Of a DNA stretch of 64,000 nt, positions 13,031 to 25,142 are shown piece after piece. This DNA comes from Paraspadella gotoi (Eukaryota; Animalia; Chaetognatha). Below the pieces are notes generated by a model. That model had not been told where the DNA came from and did not search any database. It was given only the letters and a program-made list of their open reading frames with translations. The stretch is taken from contig CM119263.1 in the NCBI GenBank assembly GCA_051294375.1, positions 14,462,414 to 14,526,413 on the forward strand, written 5' to 3'. Position numbers and translations under genes: made by a program. Numbering within the stretch: position 1 is the first letter of the stretch; each line of letters begins with the position of its first letter.

Positions 13031-15916
13031 CTGAAGGGGGAAAAAAGGGAAAGGGAATGGGAAAAGGGGAGAGATTGTTAATATTTTTTTTTCTATTTTG
13101 TCTATTTATGTTAATGTTATTTACCTCCCTATAAAAGTTTTATTCTTCCGCTAAGCCTTCTTCTTTTAACCCCCTTAATTCACTGATTCGCTCTTTTTTC
13201 TATGGACGATCAATCTCTCCACAACCCGCTCTCGATCACGCTCTCATTCCTAAAAAGTATTTTTTTCTATGTATCATGATCCTTCCTGGCTTCATCCGCG
13301 CTTCCCCACCGCCAGGTCTTCCCTCGCTTCACATCAGCATCCTCCCACGCCCTTTCCTTCGCTTCTCCCCCCCCCCCACGTCTTCCCTTCCCCTCTGTCT
13401 CGTCTGAGGCAATCGACGCTCATTTTCTTCGAATGACACATTCACAATCCGACGCGGAGACCGGAACGCGCGCGTTATTCGCGTTAATCGACCATCTGTG
13501 ACGTTACAGCGACGTCAAGCGAATTCAAGTAACGTCCTGACGCTATTGGTTCTTATCCGTCATCGACTGACGTTAGACTCGAAAACAAAATCAAAATTGT
13601 TGACTCTAAATTTAGCGAATTCATCGGTCCGAGACTTTAATAGTGACGTTGAAGGATGCCGACGGCAACGCGATTGACATTTCACGACGAGAAGGAAAAA
13701 AAAAGCGTAACGGTTCATTTGTCCATTTCTCCATTTGTCCCTTCGGTCCATTTGTCATCAAGACAAGCCAGAGGAAAAACTACGGACAAGAACGATAAGT
13801 TATGCGAGATAAGTCGTCGTGTTCGCGTTCCGTACGCACGAGAGTCTTTGGTTGGCCGTACACTACGGTGATGTACCATATTTGATGGCGTTAAAGTCTG
13901 TCGTCTCGAAAGAGGAGAATGTAAAATGAGAGATCAACGAGAGGTTGGAATCGTCGCGAACTTGAGATAGTTTCCGGCGATGTCAACGTACGAGCCGCGA
14001 TTGACATCGTCCGACCTAAAAAAAAGGGTCAGAATCGATGTCGACCTCTTCGGATGACATCACAGACGAGACTTTCGTCCCTTCGACCTTCGTCAATAAA
14101 CATCGTGGGTCGAACCAACTTTTTTTTCTCTCTTTATGTCTTTTTTCTCTATTATCGTCATGGCACAAGAAACGCGTTCGAGCAAAGACGAAGGAATAAA
14201 ACATTGAGCGACTGTTTTCTTTTTTGATTTTTTTTTCCTTTTTGAAACTTAGTAGAAAGATATTATGACTTATTGTTAGCCAAAAAGCATTTTATCAATA
14301 GAAAACCAAACATTAGTGTGATTAATAAATTGAATGGGTAGTTTGTTTTTTTTCTATTTAGTCTATACAAGTGAACCCAGTCGATCGGGTCTTTTAAAAC
14401 AAATATTCACTGAAAAGATTTCCTATGGAGCTGAAAACTAATAACGTACTTATCAAAAATTATTAATAGTTTTAGCAGGACCACAGGCCTTAAAGCAGAT
14501 TCAAAAGAATAAATCCAAATGCAATGTATCAAAAACGGATTATCAAGACAATCTGTCTTTCAATGCGGATTTCCCGTGCCTAACGCCAGCAGTCAGAGTC
14601 ACCCGTCACCGTCAGTTTCCGGCGCGACTCGCCCGCCGCGAGACCGTGGCGTCCCACTTTCTCGGCGATGCGCCATAAACCAAAAAGTAGTCGACGCGTA
14701 TCACGACGCAGAACAGCGCAGAACGACGCTCTAATGGTTCGGCCGGACACGCCCCTTCTGCGGTTAAGGGGGGGAGAAGGGGGGCGTCGAGCAAAATGGG
14801 TGTTGTAGAATGTAAATGAGGAAACTTTGTAATTATAAAGACGACGGCCTCTAAGAGGACGACGACGACGACGACGATGGAACCGTGGATGTGAGCCAAA
14901 AGATTTCAAGAATGATTGGTTGAGAAAAGCACAATACCGTGCAAGGCTCAAAAGCTCGAAAGCGTTTTATCTTGAATTTAATATGGTTATTTAATTCATA
15001 CAATAAGTAAAACTGCTAAGTTAAATCAAGGTAAATGAAGTAACTCGAGTTACAATAAAACAAAAGATTAATTATGCAAAAAAGGGAAAGCTCATACGGT
15101 TTGATGGAATAAAGCAGACAAGCAATTTTGACCAAGACGTTTTTCTTATTATCGCAAAAGAACATTTTTTTTAGACTGCTCAAAAACATGTTTATTTTTC
15201 GAAAATATTCTCCCTTCAGCCAAGCTTTAAAAATCTCGTCATTTTCCCGCTCTTCTTCAACGACTTGAGCGCGCAACAAGGTTTTCCTCTTTTCAGTCCC
15301 CCTTCCGACCGGAACAGTTCCCTCTTCGCAGACGCCAGTATTTCCCCGGGGGATAGACGCTGGAGCGAAACAGTTTCGAGCGCGTCCCATGAAGCCTCAC
15401 GATGCCCATGATGCCCATCATGGTTCAAACGATCCCATAAAAAAGGGACATAACTCGAAGGCGAAAAAACGGGAACCTCAAATTAGAAGAGTCTCGAATG
15501 GACGACGGGCGCCGATTCAGCGGGAGAGTTTTGAGAAATGAGGGGAAGTGAGACTGAGAGAGAGAACGGGAGATGTGTGAGAGCGCGAGAGCGAGAGAGG
15601 AAAGAATGGGATAGAGAGAAGCGAGAGAAGATAGTGAGAGGCCAGAGAAGAAAGAGAAGCCGCTTAGAATACCGAATGCGGCTTGAGTACTATTTCTGTC
15701 AAACAAGCAGTAGTTTCTCTAGTATTATTTGTACAAGGTTATCAAAGATAAAATTATTTTAGGGAAACAGAAGTAAGCAATGAGCAAGCGAAACAGAATC
15801 AAATAATAAGCAAGGGAAAGCACAAACTCAACACGCAAAGTTTTTTGCCACTTTCCGAAGCGTTAATCTCACAAGAGAGAAAAAATGAGTGAGAGAGAGA
15901 GGAAGGAGAGAGAGAT

Positions 15917-15967
<51 letters not shown>

Positions 15968-16309
15968 AAAAATAACGTTTTCTCTTCCAATCAAATATGC
16001 AAATGGAAAAAATTCAAATTTAAAAGCCCCCCCCCCGCTATGAGCGGTCTCTCCCGCTGTCGAGTTTTAAACGCGATTCACTCTCTACGTAATATTTTAT
16101 TTCTGACTTTAAAAAATGTAAAAGAAAAAATATTCCAACAAGCTACAAAGCTCACGGGCTTTCGCTCTCCTTTTCTTTCTTTCTAAACTTTTTTTACTCG
16201 GTCATTCCGGAGTCTGAAATAATCTAATCTGAGCTTTGTAGAAGCACTAAAGCAGGCTTTATAATTCTGAAGGACGTTTTCTCATTATCGTTTTCTTGGT
16301 TCGGTGAAC

Positions 16310-16442
<133 letters not shown>

Positions 16443-17027
16443 TCGTGCAGACGCGGTTTGGTTCGCAATCGATGACAAATATGAGGAGTGTAAACGAAGT
16501 GAAGGTCAAACAAAATACAACTAATAGAAGGAATCACAAGAAACTGATATAAGAAGATATAAGAAGATATAAGAAGATGCAAGAAGTATTTATCATTTAT
16601 CGTTATACACGTCCGGCCACGGGCTACGTACAAAACAGTCAGAAGCCAAGAAGGACAGAAAAACGGTAAATAGTCACGTGGTCATCGTTGCCTGGCAACG
16701 ACAGACGCCTGGAATTCGTTAATCGCGTTATTGCCTCGCCGGCTTCGCATAAAAAGGAATCGAGCGTTACGAAACAGATGGAACACGTGATACGATCGTG
16801 ACACGTCGTGGAATTGAACTTTGTACCGAGACCACGTTGTGAGACATACGCGACAGCCAACGGCGTGACAGCGTCTCATCCGAGCAAACGCTCAGTAATG
16901 ATCATTAAGGCTTAGACGTCTCAGCTCTCTCGGCGTGGTAAGCGGAGAAAAGAGCGACGGAGCGGCAAAAGGCTTAGAGGACTTTTTCCCTCCTTTTTTT
17001 CCCCTTCGAACCTTCGAAGTCAATATT

Positions 17028-17950
17028 GAAGGTTACGAAGGGAGAAGCTGAGAGAAGCTCGCGAGAGACGCCTCCATCACAATTCCAGGCTCCGTCTCCT
17101 TCTTTTCTCCTTCTCATCTTTTGGTTACGAAGGGAGAAGCTGAGAGAAGCTTGCGAGAGACACCTCCGTCACAATTGCAGGCTCCGTCTCCTTCTTTTCT
17201 CCTTCTCATCTTCTGGTTACGAAGGGAGAAGCTGAGAGAATCTCGCGAAAGACGCCACCGTCACAATTCCAGGCTCCGTCTCCTTCTTTTCTCTTTCTCA
17301 TCTTCTGGTTACGAAAGGAGAAGCTGAGGGAATCTCGCGAGAGACGCCTCCGTCAAAATTGCAGGCTCCNNNNNNNNNNNNNNNNNNNNNNNNNNNNNNN
17401 NNNNNNNNNNNNNNNNNNNNNNNNNNNNNNNNNNNNNNNNNNNNNNNNNNNNNNNNNNNNNNNNNNNNNNNNNNNNNNNNNNNNNNNNNNNNNNNNNNNN
17501 NNNNNNNNNNNNNNNNNNNNNNNNNNNNNNNNNNNNNNNNNNNNNNNNNNNNNNNNNNNNNNNNNNNNNNNNNNNNNNNNNNNNNNNNNNNNNNNNNNNN
17601 NNNNNNNNNNNNNNNNNNNNNNNNNNNNNNNNNNNNNNNNNNNNNNNNNNNNNNNNNNNNNNNNNNNNNNNNNNNNNNNNNNNNNNNNNNNNNNNNNNNN
17701 NNNNNNNNNNNNNNNNNNNNNNNNNNNNNNNNNNNNNNNNNNNNNNNNNNNNNNNNNNNTCTTCTGGTTACGAAGGGAGAAGCTGAGAGAAGCTCGCGAA
17801 AGACGCCTCCATCACAATTGCAGGCTCCGTCTCCTTCTTTTCTCCTTCTCATCTTCTGGTTACGAAGGGAGAAGCTGAGAGAAGCTCGCGAGAGACGCCT
17901 CCGTCACAATTCCAGGCTCCGTCTCCTTCTTTTCTCCTTCTCGTCTTCTT
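17028..17950 (+). repeat. 92-bp minisatellite, interrupted by a 390-N gap (17370-17759)
   Basis: ggttacgaa recurs at 17031, 17123, 17215 and 17307 (period 92). Unit: ggttacgaagggagaagctgagagaa(g/t)ctcgcgagagacgcctccgtca(c/a)aattgcaggctccgtctccttcttttctccttctcatcttct. Confidence 0.95.
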
Positions 17951-18588
17951 CTGCTTCATATTCTTATTCTTCGTTTACTCCGTAATCTTTTTCGTCTTCT
18001 TTTTTGTCTTTTACTTCTCCTCTTCCTTAAAGAATTCGGCGGATATTCCCTCCCATTCTCTCTCTCTCTCTCTTTTTTTTCTGGCTCTACTCCATAATAA
18101 AGGAACCGACTTGAATTTGATGCATGAAATTTTTTTTTTTCTGCTCCGCGGAAGCCATCCGGCCGTCCAACAATTCACCAAGCGGCGGGGGCCTAAAAAA
18201 CAATCTAGAATTCCAGCCAGCAAGCACGGCCAAGCAGACTCCCGGCCGGAGCCTCAAAAACAATCAAAAATTCAAGCTGAAAATCACAGTTTGGCGATTA
18301 AGCTTACAAATAGTAAAAGTTAATTACTACATAATTTTCGAATAAAGATTAAAAAGAGCTAATCTTTTTTTTTAAAAAAAGCTTCTAGTGAAAATGTCAT
18401 ATTTTTCTATACTCCTCAAGACGGAATATCACTAAACCTATCACTGAAGTAAACTAACTAACTAAACTGAAGACCAAAACAAAAACAACTTCAACAGTCA
18501 ACACTAACAAATACTGTTAATTGGAACAAATATAGAAGAACTTGAAAAGACTGAGTTACACGCAATCACACGGAGAGATAGGGGTGAA

Positions 18589-18640
<52 letters not shown>

Positions 18641-19860
18641 GCAGAAAGGCACACTTTTGTTTAAAATCGTGCCGTCATTTTGTTTAATCGGTTTTAACCA
18701 GGTTTTTGTCTTTACCAGCGTCGCCCACATCCCGCACGATAACCATTCATTCCTTCAAGACCGAAGCAAAATAAAAGTCCACAAGTTTGGTCCGCTTAAA
18801 CCCCGTCAAGTTTGCTCGACATTCCGCCATCTTAAATCGTCAAGGAACAAAACTCCCTTTCTGCATCTGCCGCTTCTTGCCCCCTCCCCCCCCCTGCCCA
18901 AGTGCTTCTCGTCCATAACCATCTTCGCTGACCGCATGAGCTCACGAAAATGGATACGTGCGTGGATTCGGACGGAGGCGTTGAATCGCGTAACGCAGTT
19001 CCCCAACGAAAAGACCTCCCCCCTTCTCTGCCGAAAAAAAAAAAAATTACATTCATCTCACCGCGCCCGCACCACACACACACACACAACAACGCAGTCA
19101 CCCACCAGTCGAGCAAAGGTTTTACCTAGACCGAAGAAGAGAAAAAAAAAAAAAAAACCGGAAAAAAAAGCGATCTTCTTTCGTGTCTCGCATTTTTTAC
19201 ATTTTTTTTCCCTTTCCCTCCTTTTCAACCATATTTTCCTCATGGACTGGACCAGCTCCCCCCCGAGACTCTCCTGACCATCCCCGCCCTTCGCCCGACA
19301 GTCCCGCGGCGGCCCCAGAGACCCCACTCCCCCCCTCCGCCGCGGCCGACATCCCAGCAACCCCCCCTCCCGCGGCCCGCCTCGCCCCCGCATCGACCGG
19401 CCTCAGACCGCTCCCCCCCCCCCCGCCCCCCGGCTCCGGCCGAGCACCCGTCGACCCCCCCTTCCTCGCCGCGCCCCCCCAGCCTCCCCGCTGACTCCCC
19501 CCCGCGCCACTCTTTTTCCCCCTCTTTTTTCTTTCGTTCTTCCCTTTCTTGTCTTTTTTCTTTCTTTCCCCTTTCTCTTTCTTCTCTTTCTTTGCTTTTC
19601 CTTCCACGTTACCACTGTTTCTTTTAAATAAATTAGTTAATGATCGTCGAGCACTCACTCGGCTCCTCTACGCTCGTTATCTTCCTTCTTTCTTTGTTTC
19701 CCCGAAGTTCCCCCGCGGGCTTCTGCGCTCGGGACGTCTTGGTCACTCTCGGGTTTTTTGCTTCTGTCACAAGTTTTTTTTAAATTTGGCAAAATAAAAA
19801 AGACTGCTCAAGATGTAAGTTATGATTAATTTCCTTTTTTTTTTTTTTTTGTTTTTTTTT

Positions 19861-19885
19861 NNNNNNNNNNNNNNNNNNNNNNNNN
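19861..19885. other. Assembly gap, exactly 25 N
   Basis: Counted; left boundary of the duplicated block. Confidence 0.99.
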
Positions 19886-20995
19886 ACCTGTCTCTGCCGG
19901 CTGTCTTTCACTCACTCCTCCTTACCTCCAGTTCTTCACTCACCTTCGTCACCATCCTTCCTCCATCCTCTTCCTTCGTCACTCCCTCCGTCCTCCGAGC
20001 CAGTCCTACGTTCGCCCACCGCCTCCCCTCACTCGTGCATTGGCTGGTTGGACTTGGCCTACACTTTGTGTGTGAGGTCGCGCCAGTGTGTGCTCCCGCC
20101 TGCTCTCCATTTCGCGGCCTCGGTTACGTGACCATTAGTTTCCACTGACCCCTCCTCGCCCTTTCCTCCTCTTTTTCCTTCTTTCCCCTCACTAACTCTC
20201 CCATTATCTCCATTGGCTGGCTCGCTTGCGTTGCCCTTTTTGTTGTGTGGGTCGGCACACCGTCATGACACCAGCTTGATCTCAGTTTCCGTGGCAACCG
20301 TACCACCGTGAATGAGTTAAATGAAAAAATATGAGTCACATTAATTTTATTTATTTTAACCCATGATAGATTGAGATGAATATTTTGTGAGCCGGTAGGA
20401 AAGTGATGAGAAAGCTAGATATAAAGTTTGTGAACGGAATGCAAGTTGAAAAAGATTATGGCAAGTTGAAAAAATGATGCAAGTTAAAAAAATCTTAAAA
20501 GGCAATAGGATCGTCGGCTATTGCATAAAAGAGAGGAGAGAGAGAGAAAGAAGAAGGAGAGAGAGAGAGAGTGAGAAGAAAGAGAGAGAGTGAGAGAGAG
20601 AGGGAGAGAGAGAAGGAGAGCATAAAAAATAAAAAAAATCTTAAAAGACTAAAGATCGAGCCAGAGCCCACTATCATAGGAACAATTAATGAAAAAACCG
20701 GGAAAAAAAAACGAATGAATCATGCGATAACCGAATTATTGATGTATAGTAATTGATTGAGGTAATACTAATGCTGATCGATGTTAGATCAGTTAGTTTA
20801 TTGGATGTAGATAGGAATTGAGTTATTGATCGCATGATAATCAATATTGATGCGGATGATAAGTCATTACTGCTGTGATGGAAATAAGTCATTCAGTGAT
20901 GACATGATTGAGTCATTCATTGATGCGAGAATTGTCATTGCATTGAATGCGTAGTGATAGTCAATAAACAAACAAATGGCGTGTATGAAGTGAAC

Positions 20996-21037
<42 letters not shown>

Positions 21038-21501
21038 AGAGAGAGAACCAGGAGAAAGAGAAGAGAAGAGAAAGAGAGAGAAGAGAGAGAGAAGAAGAGA
21101 TAAATCCACGAAAATCACTCGGATGAATACGATATGGCAATAATAAAGTTTTTAGAAGAAAAAAATATCAGAATTTTCAAAAGCACGGATCACGGCAGAA
21201 GAAGAGACAGATAGGGACAGACACAGCACAGAGAGACAGAGAGAGAGAGAGAAAAAGAGGACGACGCTGCCAGAGAAAGAGAAAGAGAAGACAGCGATAT
21301 ATATAATTAAAAGAGAGAGGAGAGAGAGAAGCTCTATAGTAAAGAATCAGCAGTACTTATGGCGCCGAACGCACGTAGCGTGAGATTTCTTTACCGCGCA
21401 AAGGAACACCGGGTTCGCGCAGGTTCGCGCATCAGTTTTAACATAGTGACCGACATTTATATCTAAAATTTTTATTGTAAAAAAAAGAATGAGAGAGAGA
21501 A

Positions 21502-21534
<33 letters not shown>

Positions 21535-22485
21535 AGAGAGAAAGAAGCTGACCAGACGCTGCAGAGCCGGGATCGTTTTTAAGCAACGAACGAAGAAGCA
21601 GTGACGGAGAAAAAAAGAGAGAGAGAGAGAGGGAGCAATATAATTAAAACGTTTTTGTTTTGTAAATGTTAAAAAATAAACAAATACGAATATTGATATG
21701 AAACTGAGAATTTTAAAGATTTCGGAATGAATTAGAAGCCATATAAATGAAATATGAATTCCATTTTCAGAAGCATGATTGCACAGCGAGGAGATAGACA
21801 CCGAAGAGCTAAACCGAATCAAAAATCTAGCCAGAGACGAGGCTATTTGCCCGCCTGGCTCGATAATAGTAGGTATTTGTTTGTTTTGTTTTATAACTGT
21901 CCTGCTCAATTAAAGGACCATCGATGATGACAACTGAATATTTATAAATGAATCTAGTTACATTAATTAAATTATTTTATTATCTATTATTAATTTTTAC
22001 TAATTAATTAATTAATTAATTAATTAATTAATTATTCACTAGCAGATCCGACAATTGGTTTGCTCAAACAGCTGTATTTTATTATATAATGCCTATTAAA
22101 TAGGAAACAGATAGACAAATGGAATTCTGTGTATGACTGCGAATTTTTCCCAACGTCTTCTTCCTTTACACATATTATGCTTTTTTTTAAAACGCAAATA
22201 AAACCTAAAATAGAAAAACTATTCCTTTGGAAAAAAAGAACCTGTTATTGGTATGTTTTTCTTCTGCATCACTTCCTAATTCTACTATCCACCGAACTTC
22301 CTATATAAAGTATATTAATGGAATATTATTGTCAGCTAAACGATGTACAATTTATAAAATACAAAGCTTTTTTTTTCTTCGACGATATCATTATCATTTC
22401 GAAAAGAAAAAAATTATATTTTCGAAATCTATTATTTTAAATTATCTTTATTTTGTCAGTTCTATTATCCCTGTTCAGAACTTAC

Positions 22486-23508
22486 TTCCATTGAAATGTT
22501 GTTTCTTAGACTTTTTTGGATCAAAATCCGATCCCTCCAACGTTGGTACATATCGTAATTCTTCGTTTTGAACGTCGAGAATTCTCGAGCCGCTTTGTTA
22601 TCAAATCGATGACGAAATGTACAACGTGACAATGTAAAGTCAACCATTATTGTAACACGAACACGTTAAACAAATGGACGGATACTGGCCGATTTGGATC
22701 TGGAGGGAGAAATAATAGGGCTAATCCGCCACGAGGGAATTTCGGAGAACAAATTAGTATTAAATAAAAAAATCTACTAAAAGCAACAATTCATAGTCAT
22801 AGCGCTCGAAAAGAGAAACGTGTCTGAATCTTTCGGGCCTAGAATAAAATGAAACTGCTTTCCGACTTTTGATTGACAAAAAAGACCGCAAACCCAGTCA
22901 GCAGTCGCTTCGAATCCGGATGCAGCTACGGTAAATCTTCTAAATTCTAACATCTCCAAATCCAATCTCTAAATACAATAAATCTCCTAAATCAATTATT
23001 TTGATTTCTCCTTTTGTTTTCCGTCGCTCATCAAAAAATAAAGACGAGCATTGTTTAACATTGTCCTGTTGTTCTCAACTCCCAGTTTTCATTCGAAGGG
23101 TTGGGAGAGATGAGAGACGAGAGAGAGAGAGAGGAGAGAGAAAGAAAGGGAGGAAGGTTTTTCCGTTGGTCGTTAAACCCGAGAGATTAAACCCAAAAAC
23201 GCTGCGTTCTCGTGTTCTGCTCACGAGGCCCCTCAAGAGAATAACCCTTCAGAGCAATGGCCTTTTACGGTCCATATCTCGTTAACCTCTTTTTTGAACT
23301 CTATGGTTATTACTGTGAACAAAACCTCAAAGTACTCCAGTAACGAGAACAAAGACCATAAGGAGCCAGTTGCTAGATATTGAAGTTGTTACGCTCCGTC
23401 GTTGCTCCGATTAGATCATAATTTATTTGATATGTAAGTATTTACGTTTATTATCCTTATTAGATTTTTAATTGAAATGGTTGAGGGCGGGAAAGAGAGA
23501 GGAATGAT

Positions 23509-23567
<59 letters not shown>

Positions 23568-25142
23568 CGAGAGAGAGAGAGAGAAGAAGAGAGAGAGGAG
23601 AGAGAGAGAGAGATGAGAGAGAGAAGAGAGAGAGAAGAGAGGGAGAGGGAAGAGAGAGAGGAGAAGAGACTCGACCACTGCCTCAGAAAAAAAGAAGTTA
23701 AAAAGGCTTACTTTTCCCGGCAAAAAGACTCAGCGGAGAAATAACAACAAACAACGGGAGATATACGCCTTTCCTTTCTCTCGGCTACCCTTCTGGTCCC
23801 TTTTCAGGCCTAAATAACGGAAGGAAGAACTGAAATCGCTCTCCTCCCGTCAAGGGCGAATAGAGGTCAAAGGTTTCGCAAAGGGAATTGACGGAAAAAT
23901 GGCGGGAAAAACTCTCCCGCGGCGGCCAAAAACGATCGGTTTAGTCCGCTTAAGTAACGTTGATGTTAGAATCAAAAAAGTAATATTATATTCAAAATAT
24001 TTCTATAATAGTAAAGCCGAACGCAAAAGGAATCCCCACCGATGAGCGACGATAGTGCAACGACCACGAACATTATCGGCAACAAGGCATTCAAAGGCGG
24101 AACCGGGGAGGCGAAGCCGAGCGGGGATGACGACAAACAAACGTATGACCTCAAACAAAGGTTGGCGACGGAAAAACAACCGAGGACTGAAAAAACGAGA
24201 ACAAAGCTGGAGACGGAGAGAGGGGAGGGGGAGAGAGAGAGAGAGAGAAGGAGAGAGTGAGAGAAAGAGAGAGAAGAGAGAGAAGAGTAGAGGAGAGAGG
24301 TAAGAGAGAGAAGAGAGAAGAGAGAGAGTAGAAGAGAGAGAGAGAGAATGAGAGAGAGAGAGAGAGAGGATACAAAACAAAAGATCAAAACGATAACGGC
24401 AATCAAAACTAAACTCAGGAAAAGGCAACGAGATAATAGGCTCCGCTGAATTCACGAACATCTTCCATTTTTAAAAACTCGAAAGTGAGAACGATTTTGT
24501 TCGGGCCGTTGACCGCAAAAAAAACAACAAAAAACAAAAGAAACAAAAAAACAAAACAAACCGAACGATTGACTGAATGAGCGAGCGATTGAACCCACCC
24601 CGTGAGGTGATTCCCGCGGAGGCCGATGAATTTTTTGGTGAGGAGCCCAACGAGGTATCGTAGCGTGACTTCTCCAAAGGTGACTTAGCTGAACGGGGGG
24701 GGGGAATGGAGGTTGTGTGTTTGCATTATTATATTTAATAGTACCCGTATTGTGCTACTTACGCGCGCAACGTCAATAAATATATAAGGAGCGAAAAGCG
24801 ATTGAGGCGACCGTCAAATGGGTCAACGAACCAAGATATTAACAACAACAACACCACACACCCCCTTTCCTTTCAAGCATCGGCTCACTATTTTGGCGTT
24901 TGGGCGATCCAGTCAGTCGTCCTCATTCGCTTTCGCCTTGGGGTCTTGAAGCCCTCGAGGGGGCCGTACTGCGGGAAGGGGGTGCTGCCTCGAGACTGGG
25001 AGGAGGGGGCGGGAGAGAGGAGAGGAGGGGAAGGCGAGGAGCGGGCCGGGGGAGGGAGGAGGAGGGGTAAGCGAGAAGAGGGCGGGGGAGGAACTCCGCG
25101 ATGCAGGGGCATTCGGCGTCCAAATCCAAACGTCGCCTTGAC
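22486..25142 (-). pseudogene. Frameshifted second copy of three E2F exons (~25142-24889, 24688-24599, ~22613-22486); probably an assembly artefact
   Basis: Collinear with 10469-13030 but carries many 1-bp indels; e.g. gcccca>gccca turns [10 protein letters not shown] into DTSLGSSPKN. Confidence 0.6.

Noticed and set aside
15016-15428. Alternative first coding exon of E2F
   Set aside because: No suitable phase-0 donor found; frames stop or run into AT-rich sequence.
17028-17950. CRISPR-like array
   Set aside because: Whole unit repeats with no unique spacers; eukaryotic intron; no cas genes.
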